A DNA stretch of 64,000 nucleotides from Candidatus Dojkabacteria bacterium. GTDB lineage: Bacteria > Patescibacteriota > Dojkabacteria > B142 > JAFGFJ01. A model generated the notes under the pieces. It saw only the letters and a program-made list of their open reading frames with translations, was not told the DNA's origin and did not search any database. The stretch covers positions 77,115 through 141,114 of the forward strand of contig JAFGFJ010000006.1 of NCBI GenBank assembly GCA_016931155.1, written 5' to 3'. Below are positions 31,171 to 41,429 of this stretch, one piece after another; position 1 is the stretch's first letter; each line of letters starts with the position of its first letter. The position numbers and the translations under genes are program-made.

Positions 31171-31599
31171 TTATTTTATTAATTTAACTAAATCTTTAAT
31201 TCCTATTGTCTGGATTTCTTCCACCTTTTTTAGGTTCAAATCATTCGAGATAAAATAGTCACAATCACTTTGTATTCCTGTAGATAAGTGAATACAATCA
31301 GGTGTCATTATGTTGTATTTTGCCCGGAGTTCAGCTGCCTTTATTGAGATAATTGGATCCACTGGTATAGGGTTTATTATTCTTAACTCTGTCAGAAACT
31401 CGATGTAGTCGGTTTTTAGTTTTCTGTTCCCATCCCTTATTGGTAATACAAGGCATTCTGTGAAGGATAAAAAAGATGTCGTCAAAAGAATATTTTTTTT
31501 AAGACAGTATTTTAGAAGGTCATGTACTATCCTTTTGTAATAAGGACTTCCTTCAAATGCACATATCCAGAAGTAACTATCTGCGTAAAGTTTCTTCAT
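31171..31599 (-). CDS. vapC: PIN-domain toxin (VapC family)
   Basis: LYADSYFWI, TECL, TPDCIHLST, FISND; ATG overlaps the antitoxin TGA (ATGA at 31596-31599). Confidence 0.88.
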   Translation of the reverse strand: MKKLYADSYFWICAFEGSPYYKRIVHDLLKYCLKKNILLTTSFLSFTECLVLPIRDGNRKLKTDYIEFLTELRIINPIPVDPIISIKAAELRAKYNIMTPDCIHLSTGIQSDCDYFISNDLNLKKVEEIQTIGIKDLVKLIK

Positions 31600-31862
31600 T
31601 GTGGCCAACTTTTTCTCCTTTCTTTTTTCAACCATTTTTCACCTCCTCCATGTTTTTCATACATGCTTTTGCCTATTCCAAGAGTCTTATCTATTAGCTC
31701 TTCCTGACTTTTTTCTTTCCTGACATCGATAGTATCTCCTAGAACAATCCATATCAGTCTTTCAGATGGCTTAACTTGAAGGGCTTCTCTAACTTTCTTG
31801 GGGACATATGTTTGATAATTTGAACTTACCGTTGTTTTGCTTGGTGTGGATTGTGTAAACAT
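31596..31862 (-). CDS. AbrB/MazE/SpoVT-family antitoxin
   Basis: VSSNYQTYVPKKVREALQVKPSERL swapped-hairpin motif directly upstream of vapC. Confidence 0.88.
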   Translation of the reverse strand: MFTQSTPSKTTVSSNYQTYVPKKVREALQVKPSERLIWIVLGDTIDVRKEKSQEELIDKTLGIGKSMYEKHGGGEKWLKKERRKSWPQ

Positions 31863-32085
31863 GTCATAAATGTAAACAATTATTACTTTTATAACATGGT
31901 AATTTACTTTTAGTCAAGCAGAAATTGTTTTAGTGTGGTTATTTATGTTTAGTGTAAACGACCTTAAGCTTACGCTAAATCTATGGACAAAGCCTGTAGA
32001 GTCATCAGGGAGATTTTTTTCCATTAACGGTTTTCCCTTTCCAAGAGTATGTAGAAGAACGTGATATTTACTTATATAGACTGCA

Positions 32086-32117
32086 AGCTTTTCTTCAAGC
32101 CTGCTTGAAGAAAAGCT
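32086..32117. terminator. Perfect 15-bp inverted repeat, probable terminator after the murF-fem operon
   Basis: agcttttcttcaagc-ct-gcttgaagaaaagct. Confidence 0.55.
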
Positions 32118-32198
32118 GTCTCTTTCTGATGCTTGTAAATTGAAAGGATAAGTATGGAATTGCTGGTTTTCTATTATAGCTTTGTCTTACAGAGGAGC

Positions 32199-33233
32199 CT
32201 AGTATCCCTTTAACTTTCTTTCCACTTTTTCATAAACGTGAGTCAGCCAATATTTTTTTGATACCGGCATATCTTTGGCGTGTATCCAATGTTCGACTTC
32301 TCCACCAAATCCCATCTTGAAAAATGTAAGTCCGTACCAGGGATGTTTTTTCTTTGGGTCATCGTTTTTGTCGGTTGGAGCAATTCCCCAGAAATTATAT
32401 TTTTTCAGACCTCGTGCTTTTGCTTCCAGTATTGATTCCCACTGGAGAAGATAGGCAGAAGGAACCTTGCTGTACTCCGATAAAGTCCCGGAGTGATGAT
32501 AAACTGCCTGATCTTTGAAATAGGTAAATAATGATCCACCAATATACTTATCATTATACTTCGAAAGAAAGAGCATTATTTGATTGTCCTTTACAAAGAC
32601 TTTAAACTGTTTTTTTATATAGTTGAAATCGTATGCATTCCATTTATGTCTTTTTACTGTATCCTGATATATCTCCCAGAAAGAGTTTAAATCCTGGATA
32701 TCCTGGCTTTTTATAATTTCAACACCATCTCTCTTTGCTCGGTTTATGTAGTAGCGGGTATTTTTCCTCATTCCATTCAAAATTTGCTCTTCACTTTGTT
32801 CAAGGTCTAGTACCCAGGTTATTTCAGCATCTACATCATGCATTTGGGAGTCATTGAAACCAAGAGAACAAAGGAAATTTTCCTGCTTGCTCCCGGGTTT
32901 TATTTGCGGGCTTATTCTTAAAAAATCATACTTCTCTTTTAAAGTGAGCTCCTTGAGATAATCAATAAAAGTATCAACAAGTCTCTCGTTGTCGTAGTCA
33001 AGTACTGGTCCGTGCCTGACATGAAGCATTTTTCCTCTTTTGGCTGCTACCTTTTGTACAAGTGCTATTCCTTTTAATTTGTTTTCATCATAGGCTCCGA
33101 TTCTGGCAATGCTATTTCCTATACTCTTATAAAACTCTCCAGCATTCCACGACTGAAGAAAAGATGTCGGGAAGTCGTGTTCGTAGATAAAACTGTCCCA
33201 TTCTTTTTGAGTGTCTACTTCATGAAAAATCAC
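32199..33233 (-). CDS. FemAB/FemX-family peptidoglycan bridge aminoacyltransferase
   Basis: SFLQSWNAG, HGPV, MRKNTRYYIN, LLQWESILEAK, YNFWGI, FKMGFGG. Confidence 0.9.
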   Translation of the reverse strand: MIFHEVDTQKEWDSFIYEHDFPTSFLQSWNAGEFYKSIGNSIARIGAYDENKLKGIALVQKVAAKRGKMLHVRHGPVLDYDNERLVDTFIDYLKELTLKEKYDFLRISPQIKPGSKQENFLCSLGFNDSQMHDVDAEITWVLDLEQSEEQILNGMRKNTRYYINRAKRDGVEIIKSQDIQDLNSFWEIYQDTVKRHKWNAYDFNYIKKQFKVFVKDNQIMLFLSKYNDKYIGGSLFTYFKDQAVYHHSGTLSEYSKVPSAYLLQWESILEAKARGLKKYNFWGIAPTDKNDDPKKKHPWYGLTFFKMGFGGEVEHWIHAKDMPVSKKYWLTHVYEKVERKLKGY

Positions 33234-35020
33234 TTGAAAGTTTGTCCTTTAATTTTTGGGGGGATATTCCCTTCAAATAAAAATACAGTATCTCTTCTCG
33301 CACTTCTCAGTATTTCTGCAAGCATTGCTTCTTGATCTTTTGATATAGATATTTCAAAAGTATTATTAAAATCTTTCACCTCTTCGTACAAAACTGGATC
33401 ACTAACAATTGCTCTGTCTGCAGAATTGACCAGTGCAGGAATAATCTTTTTATATACCTCTCTTTTCATTTGTCCGAGCTGGAGAATTCCCTGTGTCACA
33501 ACTATTTTCTTTTCTCCTTTCATGTTCTTTAATTTTTCCAGAGCCTTGATAAATCCGTCCGAGTTAGAGTTGTAACTGTCATCGATTATTCTGGAATCAT
33601 TTATGCCATCCCTGATGTTGAGGTGTGGCAAATCAAACTCTACTCTTGGAATAGCCTTAACCAGCTCTTCCAGTTTCATCCCGACTTCAAGGCAGGCGGC
33701 CATTGCTGCAAGAAGATTTGAGACGTTGTGGGTATCATCAAGTGCAACAGTCAAATTGTACTGGTTGTTGTTTTGAAGAAGCTTAAAATTGATTCTTCCT
33801 TTAACCTTTGTAATATCTGTAGCCACTAAAGTTGAGCGACTTGCGTCAGGGAATATGTAATTCTTTTCTTTTATTGCAACACCGGCTGCCGTTTCATCCC
33901 CTCTTCTGTTTGTGAAATACATTACTTCTCTGCGTGTTGATTTCTCAGCCATTCGAAGTGTGTATTCGTTATCTCCGTTCAGAATTGCAACGCCTTCATC
34001 AGTCAAGGCCTCTATAATTTCATATTTTGCTTTTATAGTATTTTTAATTGAGCCAAAAAGAGAAACATGTTGTTCGTTCACTCCAGTTACTATTGAAATA
34101 TTTGGACGGAGTACTTTTGCAGCAGCCTTTATTTCTCCCACCCTGTAAGCACCCATTTCTGCAACAAATATCTCTGTACCTTGCTTAAGTTCGGTAAGAA
34201 TTGACTTTGCTATGCCAACGTCAGTGTTGTAGTTTCTTGGTGTTTTCGCTGTTTTAAATTCCTCTTTCAGGAGTCTATACAGAATTTCTTTGGTAGTGGA
34301 TTTTCCAAAGCTTCCAGTAATTGCGATTACCTTGAGTGAAGGGAAATGTTTCAATTTATTTTTTGCTTTTGAGATCAGTAGCAGTTTATTAATGAGTGCA
34401 AATGGGTAGGTGATGAGAACAGACAAAGAAACAACAAGAAAAGAAAGAAGATCGGGAATAATAGATGAATATGCGACATAAGTGAGGATAAATCCACCAA
34501 CTGGAAGTATTTTCAATCCAGTTTCGGCTTCTTTTGCAATCAGACCTTCTTCAAGCACTTCTGTGAAAAAATCTGTTGTTCCAGTAAGTCCTTCCGTTCC
34601 AAAATCTGTGTTCCATAAAAGACAGGACAGAAAGAACATAGGTAGTAGCACAATTATGAGAGAAGTAAACATTATTATTAAATTTCTTATGCTTTTCCTT
34701 GGTAGTATCAAAGACTTACTGATAAACATTTTTATTGTTTGTAGAGCTTCAAAAACATAGAAAAGAAAAGAAAATATGGCAGCTATAAAATAGTAATTTG
34801 TAGAAAGTAAAATTAAAGACAGTATTAACAAGAGTAGCGGAACAATCCTTACAATTTTTTTGAGTGTCTCGGAATCTTCTCTGTGAATAGCAGAATCCCA
34901 GACTCTCATTAACTTATACTCCTTTATCTGCCAGATAAACATAGACAAAAAAAGATTCCGGAGAATAACAGAAATTGCCGGCAAATAGAGAATAATTGTG
35001 AAAACAATTATAAAATTCAT
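33230..35020 (-). CDS. murF: MurF-like Mur ligase with N-terminal membrane domain
   Basis: IAITGSFGKSTTK, EMGAYRVGEI, DDSYNSN; about 210 N-terminal residues with several hydrophobic helices. Confidence 0.8.
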   Translation of the reverse strand: MNFIIVFTIILYLPAISVILRNLFLSMFIWQIKEYKLMRVWDSAIHREDSETLKKIVRIVPLLLLILSLILLSTNYYFIAAIFSFLFYVFEALQTIKMFISKSLILPRKSIRNLIIMFTSLIIVLLPMFFLSCLLWNTDFGTEGLTGTTDFFTEVLEEGLIAKEAETGLKILPVGGFILTYVAYSSIIPDLLSFLVVSLSVLITYPFALINKLLLISKAKNKLKHFPSLKVIAITGSFGKSTTKEILYRLLKEEFKTAKTPRNYNTDVGIAKSILTELKQGTEIFVAEMGAYRVGEIKAAAKVLRPNISIVTGVNEQHVSLFGSIKNTIKAKYEIIEALTDEGVAILNGDNEYTLRMAEKSTRREVMYFTNRRGDETAAGVAIKEKNYIFPDASRSTLVATDITKVKGRINFKLLQNNNQYNLTVALDDTHNVSNLLAAMAACLEVGMKLEELVKAIPRVEFDLPHLNIRDGINDSRIIDDSYNSNSDGFIKALEKLKNMKGEKKIVVTQGILQLGQMKREVYKKIIPALVNSADRAIVSDPVLYEEVKDFNNTFEISISKDQEAMLAEILRSARRDTVFLFEGNIPPKIKGQTFK

Positions 35021-35086
35021 GACTTATTGTAATTAAGAAATAAGAAACAAACAAGGAGCAAGTTTCCTAAAATCTGTAAAAGAGTT

Positions 35087-35857
35087 TTAGTCAGGATTTT
35101 CTTGTAAGTACTTATCAATAAGATCGGCTGTGAACTTCGGTTTCTGCAGAGGAAGTCCATGTGTTTCATTTTCTACCATTTCAAGTTTCGAATTTGGGAT
35201 AAGATTCCGCATTTTGACACCCATCCAGAGAGGGACATAAGTGTCTTTTTCACTCCAAATTATAAAGGTTGGTACTTTTATTAACTTCAGCTCCTGATCA
35301 AAATGCTCATTAATAACTTTTTTGAATGTTTCTTTAAGTCCTTCTGATTTTAGATAGTCCGTTTCTCTTACAACATATCTGTAGTAGAAATTTTTGATCC
35401 TTTCTCTAGACTTTGCAGGGAAAATAGAAGCGAAAACCTTAAAAATCTCTGTGGCGACCGCCAGTACATTTTTTTTTAGATTATTTTTTGGTTTAATACC
35501 GGAGGCGTTTATCAAGATAAGCCTTGAAATCATATTGGGAAATTCCAGTACAAAGCGTGTGGATATTTTTCCGCCAAATGAATGACCAATTAATATAGGC
35601 CTTTTTAATCTAAGCATTAAAATCAATTCCTCCAAAAAAACAGCATAGTCCTTGAGTGTCCATGGTTTGTGTGGGGTTTCGCTTTTTCCAAATCCGGGAA
35701 GAGAAATATTTACGACACTGAAGCCTTTTTTTGAAAGTATTTCCTGTAGGGGAGAAAGACTTTCGATATTTCCTCCCCAACCATGGAGAAGAAGGACATT
35801 TCCCCCTTTTCCCGTTTTTGAGTATTCAATCTTGAGACCGGATGCTTTTGTAAACAT
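35087..35857 (-). CDS. Alpha/beta hydrolase
   Basis: LLHGWG, LPGFGKS, GHSFGG, KDTYVP, THG. Confidence 0.92.
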   Translation of the reverse strand: MFTKASGLKIEYSKTGKGGNVLLLHGWGGNIESLSPLQEILSKKGFSVVNISLPGFGKSETPHKPWTLKDYAVFLEELILMLRLKRPILIGHSFGGKISTRFVLEFPNMISRLILINASGIKPKNNLKKNVLAVATEIFKVFASIFPAKSRERIKNFYYRYVVRETDYLKSEGLKETFKKVINEHFDQELKLIKVPTFIIWSEKDTYVPLWMGVKMRNLIPNSKLEMVENETHGLPLQKPKFTADLIDKYLQENPD

Positions 35858-36132
35858 GAAAGAATTAAAGCATAAATCAACTCAATTTTCTATTGTTTGT
35901 TCTTGGTTGGTGCTGATTGCTTCTAATCTAAATTCCAGACATTAAATAGTGAGATAGTAAGATCAAATATGTTAGCTTTGCCAGCAGGTACCTGATCATA
36001 CTGTTTGTCGGAATGAGCAAATAACTATTGCTATGGTCATTTTACTTCTGAGCTGATACAAAATATGTTGAAGTATGATTGAATTTTACGTATTTGACTA
36101 TCTGACTTCCATTGTGACATACTGGTATCAGT

Positions 36133-36537
36133 TTGATTTTGCTTATGAATGTTGATGAAGTAGTAAAACTTGTTTATGCTTTCGGAATTACTGGAAGTGT
36201 CGTGGGAGTCTCAATTTTTTTGATGAGGCTTCTTGATAGATTGACAAGAAGAATGGATGAGATGGAGAGGATAACTGAAAATGTTGGAGAGATCAGTGAA
36301 AAAGTTTCTGCAAATATGGATCTTCTGGAAGAATCGCTTGAGATTTTTACAGGTATTACAAGAAAATTGAAATACGGATTAATTGATCCTTTATCCGAAA
36401 TTTTTTCTCTGGTAAGGATCATAAAGGGAATTATTGCAGGACTTGGGGGAAGAGAAGGTGGAAGGTTTCAGAAGAAAAAAAATAAAAACGAAGAAACAGA
36501 CAAGAACCAGGAAGACCTGGATCTTGATAAAAATTAA
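36133..36537 (+). CDS. Membrane-anchored coiled-coil protein, YtxG/DUF948-like
   Basis: N-terminal TM then amphipathic helices; paired with a YtxH-like gene. Confidence 0.55.
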   Translation: MILLMNVDEVVKLVYAFGITGSVVGVSIFLMRLLDRLTRRMDEMERITENVGEISEKVSANMDLLEESLEIFTGITRKLKYGLIDPLSEIFSLVRIIKGIIAGLGGREGGRFQKKKNKNEETDKNQEDLDLDKN

Positions 36538-36555
36538 TTTTTTATACTAATTAAC

Positions 36556-36867
36556 ATGAGAAACAGGGATTATTACAGGTGTGAGGGAGAATCTATAACG
36601 GGTCTTATAACAGGTCTTATTCTTGGAGGAGTTGTTGGAGCTGGTATTGTTTTGTACCTTCACTCTGATAAAGGAAGAGAAAAAGTTAAGGAACTAAAAA
36701 GCAGGACAATGGATTACAAAGACGAAATAGAGAAGAAGTTTGAAGAATTAAAAGAGAAAAAGGTTTATCCAGCTATCGAAAGTATAAAAAGCGAGTTTAA
36801 GGATAGAATCAAGAGGCTTGATCCAGCTGAAAAAAAATCCTCAGGACGCAGGAGGTACAATCAATAA
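36556..36867 (+). CDS. YtxH-domain general stress protein
   Basis: GLILGGVVGAGIVLYL...DKGRE...LK pattern. Confidence 0.75.
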   Translation: MRNRDYYRCEGESITGLITGLILGGVVGAGIVLYLHSDKGREKVKELKSRTMDYKDEIEKKFEELKEKKVYPAIESIKSEFKDRIKRLDPAEKKSSGRRRYNQ

Positions 36868-36890
36868 TCTAATTTTTACGGTTCTATAAT

Positions 36891-37217
36891 ATGACAGTCG
36901 AAGTTGCTGATAGTGACTTTCAAAAAGAGGTTTTGGAGTCAAATGGTGTGGTAGTTGTTGATTTTTGGGCGGAGTGGTGTGGTCCATGTAAGGTTCAGGG
37001 ACCGATTATTGATAAGCTTGCAAAAGATCATAAAGATGATGAGAATGTAAAGTTTGCTAAACTTGACGTTGATGCAAACCCAGCGACTTCTGCTCAGTAC
37101 CAGATACTAAGCATTCCTACTTTGTTGTTCTTTAAAGGCGGAGAAAAAGTTGAAGTTATGATTGGTCTTCAAAGTGAAGACAGGATTATGCAAAAAATAG
37201 CAGAAATGACTGCCTAG
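36891..37217 (+). CDS. trxA: Thioredoxin
   Basis: VDFWAEWCGPCK, SIPTL. Confidence 0.97.
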   Translation: MTVEVADSDFQKEVLESNGVVVVDFWAEWCGPCKVQGPIIDKLAKDHKDDENVKFAKLDVDANPATSAQYQILSIPTLLFFKGGEKVEVMIGLQSEDRIMQKIAEMTA

Positions 37218-37218
37218 G

Positions 37219-37247
37219 TTGACAAAAAAAGACCTGTAGTGTACCAT
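37219..37247 (+). promoter_or_regulatory. sigma70 promoter of rpsO
   Basis: TTGACA-17 bp-TACCAT. Confidence 0.7.
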
Positions 37248-37272
37248 TCGAAACACTGAAAGATATTTTGAA

Positions 37273-37545
37273 ATGGCTCTTTCGAAAGAATCAAAAAACA
37301 ATATTGTAAAGAAATTTGGATCTCACGATAAGGATACTGGGTCTCCCCAGGTTCAGATCGCCTTACTCTCTTCCAGAATTGATGAGCTAACCGAACATCT
37401 GAAAAGTCATAAGAATGATAATCATTCACGAAGAGGTCTTTTAAGACTTGTTGGACAGAGAAGGAAACTGATAAAGTATCTTGGGAAAGAAGAAGGAAAA
37501 GAGAGTCTGGAAAAAATTCAGAGAGAATTAAAGTTGACTGCTTAG
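37273..37545 (+). CDS. rpsO: 30S ribosomal protein S15
   Basis: [12 protein letters not shown]...[25 protein letters not shown]. Confidence 0.97.
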   Translation: MALSKESKNNIVKKFGSHDKDTGSPQVQIALLSSRIDELTEHLKSHKNDNHSRRGLLRLVGQRRKLIKYLGKEEGKESLEKIQRELKLTA

Positions 37546-37658
37546 GTTATTTCATTTGTTTCCCCTTGTTATGCTTGTCTCTACTATTATTAGTGTTGTA
37601 TTAATTCCACTTAGTCTTCTTTTTATAGTTTTATAGTAGAATAGACAAAGGAGCTTAT

Positions 37659-38708
37659 ATGAAAGTAGTCTGGAAACCAAATACTGCAAGCATCAAGAAA
37701 AGAAAAGGGAAGCTGGCCTTATTTTTTGAAACTATTCTTTCCAGAACAAAAAAGTTTTTGATATGGGCATTTGTCATTATTCCAATTTTCGCTGTTTCTC
37801 TTTTTTTTCTTCTAAGGTACCTTTCTTCCGGTAAGTTCAATATCAATAATGTGGCTTTCTTTGGTACAACCCTTACACGCCAGGAAGATCTTGAGGCTAT
37901 TAAAACGGACTTTCTGGGCAGGAATATTTTCCTTTTAAGAACCAGTGAAATAGAATTGGCTATGAGAGAGAAAGGGACGTATGTAAGTGAAGTGTATGTA
38001 GAGAAAATTCTTCCGGATAGTCTTGAGGTATACATTGAAGAAAAAATACCGCAGTTGATTTATATAAATTTCTCAAATGCTTATCTTCTGACAGGTGATT
38101 CTGAAGTGGTTGACGTAATATCAAAAGACCAGGAATTGGGTTTGAGTGATGAAGAGATATCTATACTCAAGGGTTTTGGAGACTTGAATTCAAATTACGT
38201 AATAGAAAGAATTATTTCAAAACAAGAGAACTTGGAAGATAATAGTGAGAAGATAGAAGAATTCAAGAAGTCCATAACAGAAGAAGAGAAATTGAAAACA
38301 CTGAAAGAGATACGAGGAGAAATGCAGGCAAAAATTGAGCAAATATATGGAATTCATCTGGATAATGTCTCAAAAAGCCGTTTCTGGCACTTGCCTGTTA
38401 CTTTCGTTTACGAGACTATGAGCTATCAGCTAACTGATAATATCGACAATAGTAAGATAAAATTTTTTCTAAACGTTGTGAAATTTATTGATGAGAATAA
38501 AGAGTTTGAAGTATGGCGGTATCAGTGGGACAGTAAATTCAGGCTTTCTATACATCTGGTAAACGGGAAAATCTTCTATTTTTCTACAAAAAGAGACTTC
38601 AATCTTCAAAAGGAAGATCTCCTTATCGTCCTAAATGAACTGAAAACAGAGGATAAGAATTATAGGAGTATTGATGTTGGTGCTGATAAGGTAGTAGTTG
38701 ATCGTTGA
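37659..38708 (+). CDS. ftsQ: Cell division protein FtsQ/DivIB-like
   Basis: Single TM, POTRA-like GRNIFLL...VEKILPDSLEVYIEE, C-terminal YRSIDV; immediately upstream of ftsA. Confidence 0.75.
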   Translation: MKVVWKPNTASIKKRKGKLALFFETILSRTKKFLIWAFVIIPIFAVSLFFLLRYLSSGKFNINNVAFFGTTLTRQEDLEAIKTDFLGRNIFLLRTSEIELAMREKGTYVSEVYVEKILPDSLEVYIEEKIPQLIYINFSNAYLLTGDSEVVDVISKDQELGLSDEEISILKGFGDLNSNYVIERIISKQENLEDNSEKIEEFKKSITEEEKLKTLKEIRGEMQAKIEQIYGIHLDNVSKSRFWHLPVTFVYETMSYQLTDNIDNSKIKFFLNVVKFIDENKEFEVWRYQWDSKFRLSIHLVNGKIFYFSTKRDFNLQKEDLLIVLNELKTEDKNYRSIDVGADKVVVDR

Positions 38709-38733
38709 ATCACAGAAAATAAACTTTATTAGT

Positions 38734-38761
38734 TTGACAAAAACTGCTTTACAGCTAAAAT
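38734..38761 (+). promoter_or_regulatory. sigma70 promoter upstream of ftsA
   Basis: TTGACA-16 bp-TAAAAT; a second TATAAT lies near 38786. Confidence 0.55.
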
Positions 38762-38849
38762 AGTCCTCAATACTTTGAATTGGTGTATAATTGTTTGCGA
38801 AAGGTTCTGGTTGGGGATAGAATATATAAAATTTTAAAAGCTAGGTTAG

Positions 38850-40175
38850 ATGGCCAATCGAATAATTACTGCTCTTGATGTAGGCTCTACTAAGATCTGT
38901 GCAGCTATAGCTTCTGTTGAAGAAGGACAACAACCGAAAGTAATAGGAGTAGCTACTTATCCAAGTGAAGGACTCAAAAAAGGAACTATTGTTGATATTG
39001 ACGATGCAATAAATTCTATTGCGGCCTGTCTTGAAGCGGCTGAGAGAATGGCTGGGATTACTGTATCTTCGGTTTACCTTACTATAAATGGAAAGGATAT
39101 AACAAGCACAAACAACCGTGGAGTTGTCGCAATAGCACAGGATGAAATTGTAACTGATGATGTTTTCAGGGCTATTGAGAGTGCAAGGACAGTGTCAATT
39201 CCTCCTGCCAGGGAAATACTACACGTTATTCCCAGGGAATTTATTGTCGATGCTCAAAGTGGAATAAAAGATCCAGTTGGCATGACAGGTACCAGGCTTG
39301 AGGTTGACGCTCATATCATTTCAGCAACTTCTACATCTATTCACAATTTAATTAAATCCGTTCAACAGCTGGGACTCAGAATTGATGATATTGTTTTTAC
39401 AGGATGGGCATCTTCGACTGCTGTTCTTACGCCTACGGAGAGAGAGCTTGGGGTGATGATGATTGATATGGGTGGGGGAACGACTTCTATCAATACGTTC
39501 GTAGATGACGCAATTACTTATAGCGGCTGTGTTCCTTTTGGGGGTGTGAATGTAACAAGTGATTTGGCGATTGGTCTTAGGGTGTCTCTTGAGGACGCCG
39601 AGAAAATAAAAGTTAGTATTGGAGACATTATTAGAGGAGCAGGTAAGCAGGAATCTGAAGCAGTAAAGACTAGAGATGGACTTCTGGAGGAAGAAACAAA
39701 AGAAAGACGAGGTGTAAAAGAAGTGAAAAAGAAGAAGGAGGTAGTCGATATTTCAGCTCTTGAGGTTGAGGGAATGAAGACAGTAAGTAAGAAACTATTC
39801 GATGAAATTGTTGAAGCAAGGATGGTTGAAATATTCAGTCTTGTGATAAATCAACTCGAGCAGTCAAGAAATGAGTACAGGCTTCCTGCCGGGGTGGTAA
39901 TAACGGGCGGTTCTGCAATGCTCCCTAGAATTACTGCTATTGCAAAGGAAGTTTTTGGAGCACCTGCAAGAATTGGGAGTCCAAATGGAGTAGAAGGTTT
40001 GATTGATGAGATAGCTTCTCCTGCCTACGCTGCAAGCCAGGGACTTATTCTCTACGGTGCACTAGATGAGGGAGGAGGAAAGGGAAAGAATATTGGAGGA
40101 ACTGGAGGGTCAAAACAAAATAGTGGAGGAATCCTTGGTAATATCACTGGATTTATTAAAAATTTATTGCCATAA
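38850..40175 (+). CDS. ftsA: Cell division protein FtsA
   Basis: LDVGSTKI, DPVGMTGTRLE, IDMGGGTT, AEKIK, VVITGGSA, C-terminal amphipathic helix. Confidence 0.96.
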   Translation: MANRIITALDVGSTKICAAIASVEEGQQPKVIGVATYPSEGLKKGTIVDIDDAINSIAACLEAAERMAGITVSSVYLTINGKDITSTNNRGVVAIAQDEIVTDDVFRAIESARTVSIPPAREILHVIPREFIVDAQSGIKDPVGMTGTRLEVDAHIISATSTSIHNLIKSVQQLGLRIDDIVFTGWASSTAVLTPTERELGVMMIDMGGGTTSINTFVDDAITYSGCVPFGGVNVTSDLAIGLRVSLEDAEKIKVSIGDIIRGAGKQESEAVKTRDGLLEEETKERRGVKEVKKKKEVVDISALEVEGMKTVSKKLFDEIVEARMVEIFSLVINQLEQSRNEYRLPAGVVITGGSAMLPRITAIAKEVFGAPARIGSPNGVEGLIDEIASPAYAASQGLILYGALDEGGGKGKNIGGTGGSKQNSGGILGNITGFIKNLLP

Positions 40176-40263
40176 TAAGATAGTTCTTGTATGCTGATTG
40201 AGCACTTCTGACTTACTTCTGCCTTTTATTTCAGGGTCTATTTTTATTTTGTAGATTGGTTAT

Positions 40264-41415
40264 ATGTTAGTTAAGCCTCAGTCTTCGAGTTTAGCTAAAA
40301 TTAAAGTTGTGGGGATAGGTGGTGGTGGTGGTAATGCAATTAATAACATGATAAATAACTACAACATTGAGGGTGTAGAATTTATCTCAGTAAATACAGA
40401 TGCTCAGGCTTTAAACAATTCCCAGGCAGAGGTAAAACTCAGAATAGGTGATGAGGTCACTCGTGGACTTGGTAGTGGAGGAAACCCAAATATTGGAAAG
40501 AAAGCTGCTGAGGAGAGTGTTGATTTGTTGCACGAGCACCTTGCTGGGGCTGACATGGTATTTATTACTGCTGGTATGGGTGGAGGGACAGGAACTGGTG
40601 CTGCACCAGTTATTGCTGGTATTTCAAAAAACCTTGGAGCCTTGACTGTTGCAATTGTTACCAAGCCATTTTCTTTCGAAGGAAAGAAGAGAATGTCAAC
40701 GGCTTTGGAAGGTGTATCAGCTCTTCGTGACAAGGTTGATACTCTGATTGTTGTGCCGAACCAAAGGCTCATGGAAATTACCGATAAAAACATTTCCTTC
40801 CTTGAGGCGATGAAAAGGGTGGACGATGTTTTGGCTCACGCAGTAAAAAGTATTGCAAATCTCATTACAACTGCAGGACTGATCAATGTTGACTTTGCTG
40901 ATGTGAAAACTATTATGGCGAATGCTGGTACTGCACTTATGGGAATGGGTTCAGGAACAGGAGATGATAGAGCTGCTGAGGCGACAAGACAAGCAGTTAG
41001 CTCTCCTCTTCTCGAGCTTTCAATTGAGGGAGCGAAAGGAGTTTTGTTTAATGTAATAAGTGGAAAAAATCTTGCAATGTATGAAGTAGATGAGGCGGCT
41101 AGAATTATCTCCGATGCAGCTCATCCTGATGCCAATGTAATATTTGGGGCGACTATTGATGAATCTCTTGACGATGAATTCCAGATAACAATTTTAGCTA
41201 CTGGTTTCAGTAGTGCACAGGGAGCAAAATATATTGAGGGGATTATTCCGACGACTTCAGGAATTGCTGATTTTTCAGAGGGTACTGATGAAGCTGAGGA
41301 GGTGGACGAAGAGTATGTGCCCCCGGTAAAAGAGAACAAGAAGAAGAAAAGTGACGATGAATCTGAGAAGGATCTGGAGACACCTGCCTTCCTCAGAAGG
41401 AGAAAAAATTATTAG
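40264..41415 (+). CDS. ftsZ: Cell division protein FtsZ
   Basis: GIGGGGGNAIN, GMGGGTGTG, INVDFADV, C-terminal LETPAFLRRR. Confidence 0.98.
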   Translation: MLVKPQSSSLAKIKVVGIGGGGGNAINNMINNYNIEGVEFISVNTDAQALNNSQAEVKLRIGDEVTRGLGSGGNPNIGKKAAEESVDLLHEHLAGADMVFITAGMGGGTGTGAAPVIAGISKNLGALTVAIVTKPFSFEGKKRMSTALEGVSALRDKVDTLIVVPNQRLMEITDKNISFLEAMKRVDDVLAHAVKSIANLITTAGLINVDFADVKTIMANAGTALMGMGSGTGDDRAAEATRQAVSSPLLELSIEGAKGVLFNVISGKNLAMYEVDEAARIISDAAHPDANVIFGATIDESLDDEFQITILATGFSSAQGAKYIEGIIPTTSGIADFSEGTDEAEEVDEEYVPPVKENKKKKSDDESEKDLETPAFLRRRKNY

Positions 41416-41429
41416 ACAGTTCTTTGTGA

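Noticed and set aside
37218-37272. S15 autoregulatory leader
   Set aside because: Promoter position leaves only about 20 nt of leader
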